Positions 53,766 to 62,970 of a stretch of DNA of 64,000 nt are shown here, in pieces; the first letter of the stretch is position 1, and every line of letters begins with the position of its first letter. Location: contig JASLZL010000089.1 in NCBI GenBank assembly GCA_030754885.1, forward strand, positions 7,692 to 71,691. Direction: 5' to 3'. The DNA is from Rhodospirillales bacterium (lineage in GTDB: Bacteria > Pseudomonadota > Alphaproteobacteria > Rhodospirillales > JASLLZ01). The position numbers and the translations under genes were made by a program. A model generated the notes under the pieces. That model was not told the origin of the DNA. It did not search any database and saw nothing but the letters and a program-made list of their open reading frames with translations.

Positions 53766-54988
53766 CGCTCGGCGTGGGTCAAGGCCAGGACCTCGTTGTA
53801 AACGTCCAGGGTCTTGGCGCACATGTTATCTTTAGAGAAGTCCCGCCGCACGTGGGCAATGGCCTTTTCGGCGAGCGCGCGGCGCGCCGTCCCGCCAAGA
53901 TCGAGCACGCGCTCGATAGTGTCGGCCAGTGCGGCTGTATCGCCGGGCGGCGTCAGCCAACCGGTTTCGCCGGCGATCACCGTTTCACGGGCGCCGCCGT
54001 GGTCGCTGGCGATAACCGGGCGGCCCAGGGCCTGGGCCTCGGCGATAACGCGGCCGAAGGCCTCGGGGTCGGTCGAGGCCGAGATCACCACATCGGTCAG
54101 CATGTAGGCCGCCGGCATGTCGTCGCAGTGATCGACGATGCGCACCACCTCTTCGAGGCCGTGGCGGCTGACCAGGGCCTCAAGCTCGTGCCGATAACCG
54201 GTGCGCCCTTGGTCGGACCCGACGAGCAGGCATCGAATATCGCGCCGGCGCATTTGCGCTAGGGCCTCGATAACGGAAGCCTGACCCTTCCACCGGGTCA
54301 GGCGCCCCGGCAGCATGACCACCAGCACGCCGTCGGGCAGGCGCCACTTCCTGGCCAAGCTCACCACCCGCTCGGCGCCCACCTTGTCGGGATCGAAGCG
54401 TGCCAAGTCGACGCCGCGATGGATCACTCGAATAACCCGGGCGGGCACACCATAAACCCGATGGATGTGGCCGGCGATGAAGCCGGAAATGGCAATCACG
54501 CGTTCGCCACGGGTCATTACCGCATTATAGCGCCGCTTGAGCCAGTTGCCGGCCGAATAGGTGCCGTGGAAGGTAGTCAGGAAATGCTGGCCCGTGCGCC
54601 GGGCGGCATAATGGGCGCTCCACGCCGGGGCGCGTGAGCGGGCGTGGACGATGTCGACGCCTTCGCTTTCGATGAGTTGAACCAAGCGCCCGACGTTGGC
54701 GCGCATGACGAGCGGATTCTTGCTGGCCAGCGGCAGGATGAAGTGTTCGGCCCCGGCACGGTTGAGCTCGTGGACCAAGTCGCCGCCGGCCGAGGCGACC
54801 AGGGCGCGGCCGCCGGCGTCGGCAACGGCGGCGGCAATCTCCACAGTGCCGCGCTCGACCCCGCCACCGGCGCCCAGCGCCGGCAGTACCTGAAGCACCG
54901 TTGCGCGGCGTGCATCGGGCCCGCTCTCGCCGTCGGCGATCGGTTGGGCCACCATGCCGGCCGTGCTATCGTCCGTGTCCGCGTCCAT
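53762..54988 (-). CDS. glycosyltransferase family 4 (GT-B, RfaG/WaaG-like)
   Basis: 408 aa. Has an N-terminal GGVE motif and a C-terminal E(x7)E-type region (..PEAFGRVIAEAQALGRPVIAS..GG..E). Confidence 0.85.
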   Translation of the reverse strand: MDADTDDSTAGMVAQPIADGESGPDARRATVLQVLPALGAGGGVERGTVEIAAAVADAGGRALVASAGGDLVHELNRAGAEHFILPLASKNPLVMRANVGRLVQLIESEGVDIVHARSRAPAWSAHYAARRTGQHFLTTFHGTYSAGNWLKRRYNAVMTRGERVIAISGFIAGHIHRVYGVPARVIRVIHRGVDLARFDPDKVGAERVVSLARKWRLPDGVLVVMLPGRLTRWKGQASVIEALAQMRRRDIRCLLVGSDQGRTGYRHELEALVSRHGLEEVVRIVDHCDDMPAAYMLTDVVISASTDPEAFGRVIAEAQALGRPVIASDHGGARETVIAGETGWLTPPGDTAALADTIERVLDLGGTARRALAEKAIAHVRRDFSKDNMCAKTLDVYNEVLALTHAER

Positions 54989-55002
54989 GAGCCGAGACCA
55001 CT

Positions 55003-55806
55003 ATGACCGACGAGACTACCCTCGCCGAACCCGCACCCGAAAAACTATCAAGAGACGGGCGCGCGACTATCGCCTACCACGCCAGTCCTGGCAAGTCGCC
55101 GGGAGTGGTGTTTCTGGGCGGATTCCGATCCGACATGAGCGGCTCCAAGGCCATGGCTCTGGAGGCCTGGTGCCGGAGACGTGGCCAGGCGTTCCTGCGC
55201 TTTGACTACTTCGGTCACGGGGCTTCGTCGGGCGATTTCACCGACGGCACTATTGGGCGTTGGAGTGAGGACGCGGTGGCCGTGCTCGACGCCGCGACGG
55301 CGGGACCGCAGGTTTTGATCGGCTCGTCAATGGGTGGTTGGATCATGGTGCTGGCGGCCTTGGCACGGCCCGGCCGGGTGGCTGGACTTCTGGGCGTCGC
55401 CGCGGCGCCGGACTTCACCGAGGACTTAATACCGAACCGGCTCACGGCCGATCAGAAGGAAGCCCTTGAGCACGACGGCATCGTCCATCTGGCCAGCGAC
55501 CATGGCGACGAGCCGACGCCCGTGACCCGGGCATTGATCGAGGATGGGAGACGCCACCTGGTCTTGCGCCAACCGCTGGCCCTTGATTTTCCGGTGCGTT
55601 TATTGCACGGCATGAAAGACGCCGACGTGCCGTGGGAAACCAGCCTGCGCTTGAGCCGGGTGTTGAACTCGACCGACGTTGAAATCACCTTGGTCAAGGA
55701 CGGCGACCATCGGCTTTCCGGGCCTGAGGACCTTGAGCGCCTGTGTGCTGTCCTTGGCGGCCTTTTGGACGGAATCATACCAAGGAGCGGTGATAAAGAC
55801 CCCTAG
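55003..55806 (+). CDS. alpha/beta-fold hydrolase
   Basis: 267 aa. Has the nucleophile elbow GSSMGG and HG/GDH motifs near the C-terminus. Confidence 0.8.
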   Translation: MTDETTLAEPAPEKLSRDGRATIAYHASPGKSPGVVFLGGFRSDMSGSKAMALEAWCRRRGQAFLRFDYFGHGASSGDFTDGTIGRWSEDAVAVLDAATAGPQVLIGSSMGGWIMVLAALARPGRVAGLLGVAAAPDFTEDLIPNRLTADQKEALEHDGIVHLASDHGDEPTPVTRALIEDGRRHLVLRQPLALDFPVRLLHGMKDADVPWETSLRLSRVLNSTDVEITLVKDGDHRLSGPEDLERLCAVLGGLLDGIIPRSGDKDP

Positions 55807-56693
55807 GGATCGTCCATGATCGCCTTGAGCCCGGCCCGGTAATCGGGATGGGCCAGGCACACCCCCAGTTCGTCCTTGAGAAGACGGTTTTTTACCCGCC
55901 GGTTGTCACGCCAGAAAGTGCGCGCCATTTCCGACATCTCACCCTCGGCCTCGGTAAAGGGGATCACGGGCGGCGCTTCGACGCCGAGAAGATCGCAAGC
56001 GAAAGCGATCACGTCGGCCGGCGGCGCCGCCTCGTCGTCGCAGACGTTATAGACGGCGCCGGGTCGGGGCCGCCCCATCGAAGACCTGAGCACAGCCGCG
56101 ATGTCGTCCACGTGGATGCGTGAAAAAGCCTGGCCGGGCTTGTCAATCCTCCGCGCCCTCCCGCCCCGCACCTGATCGAGGGCGCTGCGCCCGGGACCGT
56201 AAATGCCGGCAAGACGAAAGACGTGCACGGGAACGCCGTGTTCATTGTGCAGTCTAAGCCAGGCCGCCTCTGCATCGACTCTCCGCCGACCGCGTTCCGA
56301 GGTCGGGTCCAAGGGCGCCGCCTCGTCCACCTCCGCGCCACCGGTATCGCCATAGACCCCGGTAGTCGAAAGATAGCCAACCCAGCGCAGCTCCCGGCAG
56401 GCGGCGATATCGCCGGCGTGGTGGGCGAGCACGGGATCGCCATGGATACCGGGCGGCACGGAGCTCAGGATATGGGTAACGCCGTCCAGCCCCGCCGCCG
56501 GCTTGGCCAATGGCTTGGCGCCGTCGAAGAGCAATGCCTCAATTCCCTTGGCGGCCAGTTCGGCCCGCGCCTCTAGGCCCTGGCATGTGCCGCCGACTAT
56601 CCATCCCCGCTCGGCAAGGATGCGCGCCAACCGCCCGGCCGTGTATCCCAGTCCGAAGCAAAATAGCCGGCCGGCGGGCAAGTCCTCGATCAT
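55803..56693 (-). CDS. NAD-dependent epimerase/dehydratase-family (atypical SDR) protein
   Basis: From ATG 56693. Contains ...LFCFGLGYTAGRLA..., YLSTTGVYGD, RLAGIYGPGR and RIHVDDIA, which fits the extended SDR fold. The track start at 56819 adds 42 unlikely residues. Confidence 0.7.
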   Translation of the reverse strand: MIEDLPAGRLFCFGLGYTAGRLARILAERGWIVGGTCQGLEARAELAAKGIEALLFDGAKPLAKPAAGLDGVTHILSSVPPGIHGDPVLAHHAGDIAACRELRWVGYLSTTGVYGDTGGAEVDEAAPLDPTSERGRRRVDAEAAWLRLHNEHGVPVHVFRLAGIYGPGRSALDQVRGGRARRIDKPGQAFSRIHVDDIAAVLRSSMGRPRPGAVYNVCDDEAAPPADVIAFACDLLGVEAPPVIPFTEAEGEMSEMARTFWRDNRRVKNRLLKDELGVCLAHPDYRAGLKAIMDDP

Positions 56694-56911
56694 GGAGCAA
56701 CGGTTCCGAAAAGTGACTTCAAGGGGCGGAACACACAGGCCGGAAAGCGACCCGGGAACCTTAAGAACGTCGCGGTTTTGACGGTATATGGGGATATGTC
56801 GTAATTGCGGGTTGGTCATTCCCCACGGAAGCGGAAATCAAGGGTTCGCGGTGCATTTTTGGATCGTCGATGTCGGTATACGCCACGAACGTCTGATCCA
56901 GGACACGAGGA

Positions 56912-57133
56912 TTAACGCTTTGGTTTTTTCTTTTTGGCCGACGGCTTTTTCTTTGCCTCTGCCTCGGCGGCTTCCTTGTCGGCTGCCTCTTTGGCCAAAC
57001 GCAAGCCCCGCAAGCGCGCCACGGAGTCTGCTCTCTCTTGGCGCGCTTTTTCTTTATCTTTTAGGGCCTTCCTATCCTTTTTCTGGGTTGCGGTGAACTG
57101 TTCCTCAGCCCTCGATTTCACTGTTTTTAACAT
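56912..57133 (-). CDS. small Lys/Ala/Glu-rich basic protein (73 aa), hypothetical
   Basis: MLKTVKSRAEEQFTATQKKDRKALKDKEKARQERADSVARLRGLRLAKEAADKEAAEAEAKKKPSAKKKKPKR. It is highly charged and low-complexity, with an RBS-like AGAGGA upstream. No family assignment. Confidence 0.45.
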   Translation of the reverse strand: MLKTVKSRAEEQFTATQKKDRKALKDKEKARQERADSVARLRGLRLAKEAADKEAAEAEAKKKPSAKKKKPKR

Positions 57134-57373
57134 TGCATGGATCCTCTGTTTCGGTTCGAGGCGTCGCGGGAAGGAACGATTATCCGCGGCGTAGGCGCGT
57201 CCGCCCGCAGGCTGGTGCGCAAAAACGGCGGCGGCTGAATAAGATGCGCCGTCTATACCATTATGCGTCGTATATTCGTTCGTCTAAGGAATGACGGCGG
57301 ACAGCTTCATCCGCCTCCTTCGGTCCGTCGGGCGAGCGACCGGTGAAGATCGTGTTGCCGATGATTAGCGGCG

Positions 57374-57401
57374 GCCGCCCCCAACGAAAGTTGGGGACGG
57401 C
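57374..57401 (-). terminator. stem-loop immediately downstream of cspA (possible terminator, no U-tract)
   Basis: GCCGCCCCCAAC-GAAA-GTTGGGGACGGC is a 12-bp stem with one mismatch and a GNRA-type loop. It lies 12 nt after the cspA stop. Confidence 0.35.
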
Positions 57402-57412
57402 GCCTTATGTAG

Positions 57413-57622
57413 CTAATCGACTATGGACAGGTTCTCGGCCGATGATTTGCCGTTCTGTCCGGGCTGAAGCTCATAAGAGACCTTCTGCCCTTCGTTAAGC
57501 GAAGTCAGGCCGGCGCGCTCGACCGCCGAAATGTGGACGAAAGCGTCTTTTGAGCCGTCTTCCGGCTCGATGAATCCAAAACCCTTGGCGGGGTTAAACC
57601 ACTTTACGGTACCAGTAGGCAT
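57413..57622 (-). CDS. cspA: cold-shock protein (CspA family)
   Basis: 69 aa. Contains GTVKWFN..KGFGFI (RNP-1) and DAFVH (RNP-2). Confidence 0.92.
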   Translation of the reverse strand: MPTGTVKWFNPAKGFGFIEPEDGSKDAFVHISAVERAGLTSLNEGQKVSYELQPGQNGKSSAENLSIVD

Positions 57623-57970
57623 AGTTATTTCCTCTAACAGGTGTCTTGCGATCGCGACTCACACCATGTGAATGCGCGGTTGGTTTAACGTTCACATTGT
57701 CAGGGGATAGCTAAACTAATCGGCGTACCGTTCATTCAGGTAACACCAAACGAATGCAACACGTATGGATTATTATGTGGATCAAACCTCAATAAAGTCA
57801 ATGGCCCTCGGTTCTCGTCGGAATTATAGAATTCCCCGAAATCGACGCCACGGCCCATCGCGATGGGAACAAAACTGTACTTCAAAACAGGCCCTGGCCG
57901 GATAATCGGTTCGTCGCACCATCAGATCAAGGAAGCAAATTTTCACATCAATGCTATTACATCTATAGAA

Positions 57971-58984
57971 TTATTTAAATCTCGTCCCAAGGGCCGTCTC
58001 AACGGCGTCGAGCACGGGCGAGACGGGAATGGCGGCCATCTCGCGCCCGCCAAAATCAGCCGCCCGAAGAATGACAAGGTGCCGGGTCATGGGCATGAAC
58101 TTTTCTGCCACCGTGGTGCCGAAAAGCGAGACCAGGGGAGCGCCGCCGACAGCCAGCATGTGCCCGGCGCCGGAATCGTTCGAAAGCGCCACCGTAAATT
58201 GTTTCGCAAGCGCAATTGTAAACAAGGGTGAATATTGGTGGCTGGCCTCGATATGGGCTTCTTGTAGCGGGAACCTGGCCTCGGGGACAGCGACGCTAAG
58301 ATCCGCCTTCCAGTCGACCTCTTTGGGACCCAGAAGGAACACCGGCACCCGCCCGTTCGCCGCCTGGGCCTTGGCAACGGCTATGAAGTTCTCCAACGGC
58401 CAACACTTAGGCAGGCCGCCCGAGCCCGGCGCGATACCGACATAGACCGGGCCCGTCGGCAACAAACGCTCGGCATCGGCGAAAAGCGTCGGCGCCAGAT
58501 CGAGCTCCAGGGTCACGGGCGTCGGATAGTTCTTCCCGCTAGCCAGTTCTAAGAGGTCGAGCAACTGGCGCTGCATACTCCTCGGCATCCGATAGCCCCG
58601 GAGCGGCCGGCGGGCCGACAGAAGAAACCGCGCCGCCGGCGAAACAAAAGTCCGATGAGGGATGCGCCACAACGACAGGCTGGCCCATAGGATACGCTGG
58701 GTATCGATGACCAAATCGAAGCGCCGGCCGGCCAGCGGGCGGTGCAGGAACTCGGACGGATGAAGGCCGATGGCGGCGTTCTCAATCACTTCGTCAAGAA
58801 GGCCTTCGACCACCGGCGCCAAGACCGAGGCATAGACGCTGGTCTCCTTGCCCGCCAACCAGGTGATGCGCGCATCTGGGAAGGCATGACGCAACCCGCG
58901 CACGAAGGGAAGCTTCAAAAGCCCGTCGCCGACCCGGTCAAGGCCGACGTAGACTAAGACGGTCGATGGCGTATTTTCGGCCAT
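57971..58984 (-). CDS. glycosyltransferase family 9 (heptosyltransferase-like)
   Basis: 337 aa. Contains ...VLVYVGLDRVGDGLLKLPF..., GG..KCWP and NDSGAGHMLA motifs. Confidence 0.8.
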   Translation of the reverse strand: MAENTPSTVLVYVGLDRVGDGLLKLPFVRGLRHAFPDARITWLAGKETSVYASVLAPVVEGLLDEVIENAAIGLHPSEFLHRPLAGRRFDLVIDTQRILWASLSLWRIPHRTFVSPAARFLLSARRPLRGYRMPRSMQRQLLDLLELASGKNYPTPVTLELDLAPTLFADAERLLPTGPVYVGIAPGSGGLPKCWPLENFIAVAKAQAANGRVPVFLLGPKEVDWKADLSVAVPEARFPLQEAHIEASHQYSPLFTIALAKQFTVALSNDSGAGHMLAVGGAPLVSLFGTTVAEKFMPMTRHLVILRAADFGGREMAAIPVSPVLDAVETALGTRFK

Positions 58985-59105
58985 GAAACGGAACCAACGG
59001 TTGCAGTCGCGTATCGGTTAGCATGTGTGGCGGATCGGTCAAGGCCCCGAAGGCGATTTTCTTGAGCCCTGGGCGGTCTATAATCAAGACTGAGGGAGAG
59101 CGGCC

Positions 59106-59621
59106 ATGGACCCGCGCATGATTATCGTCGAAGGCGACATCACCGGGCTCGACGTCGACGCCATCGTCAATGCCGCCAACGAAACCCTGCTCGGCGGCGG
59201 TGGCGTCGATGGCGCCATTCACCGCGCCGCCGGACCCGAGCTTTTGGCCGAGTGCCGCACCCTCGGCGGATGCCCGACCGGCGAGGCCAAAATGACCAAG
59301 GGCTATGGACTTAAGGCACGCCACGTCATCCATACCGTGGGGCCGGTGTGGCAGGGCGGCAGCACCGACGAGGAAACCCTGCTCGCCGATTGCTACCATC
59401 GTTGTCTCGCGATCGCGGCGGCGGCCGGGCTCGGCTCCATTGCCTTTCCCGCCATCTCGACCGGAGTCTACCGGTTTCCACCCGAGCGCGCGGCGGCCAT
59501 CGCCGTCGAAACCGTCGCCGCATTCTTGGTTGGTGACGACCGCTTGGGTCAAGTCGTATTCTGCTGTTTTGGCGAGGCCTCGGTGAAGGCTCACGAAGCG
59601 GCTCTGGCGGCTCCCTCCTGA
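59106..59621 (+). CDS. macro-domain protein (O-acetyl-ADP-ribose deacetylase, YmdB-like)
   Basis: Contains GDIT...[23 protein letters not shown] and FPAISTGVY motifs. Confidence 0.88.
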   Translation: MDPRMIIVEGDITGLDVDAIVNAANETLLGGGGVDGAIHRAAGPELLAECRTLGGCPTGEAKMTKGYGLKARHVIHTVGPVWQGGSTDEETLLADCYHRCLAIAAAAGLGSIAFPAISTGVYRFPPERAAAIAVETVAAFLVGDDRLGQVVFCCFGEASVKAHEAALAAPS

Positions 59622-59660
59622 GCGCTTGGCAGATAAATCTAAGACGCAAGGATTTTAATT

Positions 59661-60632
59661 ATGGCCATGATGAACAACTTTTTTACTTCCTCGGCGATCA
59701 GGGGGATGGGGCTTGCCGTTCTAGTCGTTATGGGCGTCCTGATCGATGGAGGCCCGGGGTCGGCCTGGGCGGCCGAGCAGAGGTACTCCGCCTGGCCCGA
59801 TCCTTCTCGGGATGCCCCCGGCGACAACCGCCTCCAGGAACTGATCGACGCGCTTGGCGCCCTGGTCGATGAGGCCGAGCGCGCCCGCGCCGCCGATCCC
59901 CGCCTGCTGCGCGATCTGCGCGACCTGGCACGGCGCTTCGAGCGGCCGTGGCGGGTGTCGGTGCTCAGCGACGACTTCGCCGACGGCGATTTCACCGCCA
60001 ATCCGAAGTGGACCGTAACCCAGGGTCGCTACTGGATAGAACCGGGCTACGGCCTGCGCAGCGCCATCACCCAGGCTGAGACGGCGCCGAGCAGCAGCGG
60101 CGGCGCAGGGCAAAAGGAAGATCTGGCGACGGCCATCATCGGCTCCATCCTCAATCAGGCGCTCCGCAAGAAGGGCCAGCAAACTAGCCCCCAACAGGCG
60201 GCGGCGCCCGACCGCGCCGCCATTCACGTCGCCCAAGCCATCACCAACGCGTTTTCCATCCGCGTCGAATTAACGTCGTGGCAGGGCAAGGGCCACCTTG
60301 AGATCGGGCCCTACCAAGGGAATGCCTCGGGCGACGGCTACCGCCTGGCCTATCGGCCGGGGACAAGCCCGGTGCTGGAACTGCTGCGGGTTTCGGGACG
60401 TGGTGTCAGTGTCGTCGGCTCGATCACCGGGCCGCTGGTCCTCGAAGATCAGCGCACCCACATCATCGAATGGACCCGCGACGCCTTCGGCGCCATGATC
60501 GTCACCATCGACGGCAAGGAACGGATACGCGCCACGGACCGCGGCTTCCGCGAGTTCTTCGACGGCTTTACCATGGTCAACCAGGGCGGTGATTACGTCC
60601 TTGGCCGCATCGCCATCCACGGCACGAAGTAG
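59661..60632 (+). CDS. secreted hypothetical protein (possible concanavalin-like/DUF1080-type beta-sandwich C-terminus)
   Basis: Has a signal-like N-terminus (..GLAVLVVMGVLIDGGPGSAWA|AE) and a charged helical segment. The C-terminal region has alternating beta-like patterns (W.V..G.W.I......, ...I.W.R......V.IDG). The fold call is weak. Confidence 0.5.
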   Translation: MAMMNNFFTSSAIRGMGLAVLVVMGVLIDGGPGSAWAAEQRYSAWPDPSRDAPGDNRLQELIDALGALVDEAERARAADPRLLRDLRDLARRFERPWRVSVLSDDFADGDFTANPKWTVTQGRYWIEPGYGLRSAITQAETAPSSSGGAGQKEDLATAIIGSILNQALRKKGQQTSPQQAAAPDRAAIHVAQAITNAFSIRVELTSWQGKGHLEIGPYQGNASGDGYRLAYRPGTSPVLELLRVSGRGVSVVGSITGPLVLEDQRTHIIEWTRDAFGAMIVTIDGKERIRATDRGFREFFDGFTMVNQGGDYVLGRIAIHGTK

Positions 60633-60873
60633 GGATATTTTTCCGTACGGCATCAGCCCGCGCTCCTGTCCCCGCGTTTAGCCACAAATTCGTCTTTCTA
60701 TATTTTGTGGGACACCAGGGGATAAGGTGGGCCTGTGAGTTGGAGGATGCTTGACTTATTGCGACTGGGCCGCACACTCTTAATCAACGGGTCCGGGGTT
60801 TGGGTCCCCGTGCGCCCTCCAATCTTTACTTCCCATCGGGTCGATCGGTCGTGGGTTTTCGGGAGGTCATCGA

Positions 60874-62970
60874 ATGCTTGCCGAGGGATACCGTTTGGCC
60901 GTCGACATCGGTGGGACCTTCACGGACGTCGCCTTGCTGGCGCCCGACGGCCGGCTCCATACTGGCAAGGTGCTGTCCACCGTCGATAACTATGGCCACG
61001 CCGTTGAAGACAGCGTTGGGCACGTGCTGTGCTCTTCCGGCGTCGCTCCTGCCGACGTAACTCGGATTGCCCATGGCACGACGGTCGCTTCGAATGCCTT
61101 GTTCGAGCGCCGCGGCGCCTCTGTGGCCCTGCTTACCACGCGGGGCTTTCGCGACGTCCTGGAATTGGGTCGGTTTCGTTCGCCGAGGCTCTATGACCTG
61201 ACCTTCCAAAAACCACCGCCCTTGGTCGAGCGCCGCCTGCGCTTCCAGGTGGGCGAGCGCATCGCTGGCGACGGACGCGTCCTGCAGCCCTTAGAGGAAG
61301 GTGACCTGGATAGGATCGCCGGGCGGCTCGACGAGTTGTCGATCTCCTCGGTCGCCGTCTGTTTTTTGAACGCCCATGTTAATCCCGAGCACGAGATACG
61401 GGCCGCGGAGAGACTCTCCACCCGGTGCCCCGGTATGGCGATCACAATATCTAGCCAGCTGGCGCCTCAGATCCAAGAGTACGAGCGCACCAGTACCACG
61501 GTTGTCAACGCTTACCTGCGGCCCGTGATGGAGGCTTACTTGGGTGACCTCGAACGCCGGTTGAACGGGCTTGGCCTGACCCCCTCGCCGTTAGTCATGC
61601 AATCGAGCGGTGGCCTGTTGCCAGCGGCGCAAACGGCGCCGAATCCAGTCTTTGCCATCGAGTCGGGACCGGCCGGCGGCGTGGTCGGAGCGCAACGTCT
61701 GGCCGCCCGGTTGGGTATCGCGGACCTCATCGTATTCGACATGGGCGGCACGACCGCCAAGGCTACCCTTGTGGAGAAGGGGCAGTACGCAGTCGTAGCC
61801 GGGGCCGAGGTCTGTGGCGGCAGCGTCATCGGCACGCGATTGATCCAGGGTGGCGGCTTTCCCATCCAGGCGCCGACCATCGATATTGCCGAGGTTGGCG
61901 TCGGTGGGGGTAGCATCGCTTGGCCGGCCGGGTCCGACAGCCTGCGGGTCGGCCCGGAAAGCGCCAGCGCGTCGCCTGGCCCCGCGTGTTACGGACGAGG
62001 CGGAACCGAGCCCACCGTCACGGACGCCAACCTGATACTGGGCTATCTCAATCCGAGCGCCTTGCTCGGCGGTGCCTTGCCCATCGAAAGGGACAAGGCC
62101 GAGACGGCCCTAGCGGGCCTCGGGGAACAAATTGGCCGCGACTCGGTACAAACCGCGTACGCCATCCACCGCCTGGTCAACGCCGATATGGTTCGGGCGC
62201 TGCGTAGCGTCTCCGTCGAAAGGGGAACCGACCCCGCCCGCTTCACACTCTTCTCCATCGGTGGCAACGGGAGCGTGCACGCTTGCGACCTTGCCGAGAT
62301 GCTCCGTATTACGCGCATCGTCGTGCCCCCGGCCGCCGGGGTTTTCAGCGCACTTGGGCTCCTCTTCGCCGATCCCGAATACCACCTGGTCCGAACCTTC
62401 TACAGGCCATTCAACGAGACCAACCCCGAGGACTTTAACGGTGTGCTCGCGACCTTGCGTGGCGAAGCCGAAGACCTTCTGAGGCGTCAGGGGTTCAGCG
62501 ATCTCTCTGTCCGCCATCTCGACGCGGTGGCAGAAATGAAATACTTCGGCCAGAGCGAATCGCTTCCCGTACCCCTGCCGGCGGGCCGATTGAGCCGGGC
62601 CGACTTGCTGGACGTCTCGAAACGCTTCGATGCGCTGCACCAGGAAACCTTTGGCTACGCCTCGCCGGCCGAAGACCGACAATTTGTCATGGTTAAGGTT
62701 GTCGGACGCGGGATCACGGAGGGAGACCGCGTACCTGAGGCAATTCGGCGCGCCGACAAATCGGCACCTTCGCCACCGGCCCGCCAAACCTATTTCGGCC
62801 CACCCGGTGGGTGGGTGACGACACCCGTGTCCGGACGCGACGAAGTGGGAGCGGAACCCGTCGCCGGACCCTGGATCATCGAGGAGTTCGACGGCACCGT
62901 GGTGGTCGCCCCCGGCTGGACGATGCGTCGGGACACATGGTCGAACCTAATCCTGGACCGCGTACCATGA
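60874..62970 (+). CDS. hydantoinase/oxoprolinase family, A (ATP-binding) subunit
   Basis: 698 aa. Contains RLAVDIGGTFTDV, HGTTVASNA and FDMGGTT motifs. Confidence 0.88.
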   Translation: MLAEGYRLAVDIGGTFTDVALLAPDGRLHTGKVLSTVDNYGHAVEDSVGHVLCSSGVAPADVTRIAHGTTVASNALFERRGASVALLTTRGFRDVLELGRFRSPRLYDLTFQKPPPLVERRLRFQVGERIAGDGRVLQPLEEGDLDRIAGRLDELSISSVAVCFLNAHVNPEHEIRAAERLSTRCPGMAITISSQLAPQIQEYERTSTTVVNAYLRPVMEAYLGDLERRLNGLGLTPSPLVMQSSGGLLPAAQTAPNPVFAIESGPAGGVVGAQRLAARLGIADLIVFDMGGTTAKATLVEKGQYAVVAGAEVCGGSVIGTRLIQGGGFPIQAPTIDIAEVGVGGGSIAWPAGSDSLRVGPESASASPGPACYGRGGTEPTVTDANLILGYLNPSALLGGALPIERDKAETALAGLGEQIGRDSVQTAYAIHRLVNADMVRALRSVSVERGTDPARFTLFSIGGNGSVHACDLAEMLRITRIVVPPAAGVFSALGLLFADPEYHLVRTFYRPFNETNPEDFNGVLATLRGEAEDLLRRQGFSDLSVRHLDAVAEMKYFGQSESLPVPLPAGRLSRADLLDVSKRFDALHQETFGYASPAEDRQFVMVKVVGRGITEGDRVPEAIRRADKSAPSPPARQTYFGPPGGWVTTPVSGRDEVGAEPVAGPWIIEEFDGTVVVAPGWTMRRDTWSNLILDRVP

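Noticed and set aside
57290-57367. 25-codon ORF (MTADSFIRLLRSVGRATGEDRVADD) in the spacer downstream of cspA
   Set aside because: The AAGGA element abuts the ATG with no spacing. The ORF is very short and shows no supporting signals.
57821-57836. GGAATTATAGAATTCC quasi-palindrome upstream of cspA
   Set aside because: It has only 6-bp arms, is AT-rich and is not repeated elsewhere in the window. It could easily occur by chance.
59106-60632. Macro-domain protein plus adjacent secreted protein (and YraN endonuclease at 49859) as part of a defence or toxin system
   Set aside because: The macro protein is a plain YmdB-type single domain with no partner ART, sirtuin or nuclease. YraN sits in its usual housekeeping rsmI context. 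No ATPase, helicase or effector genes are nearby.
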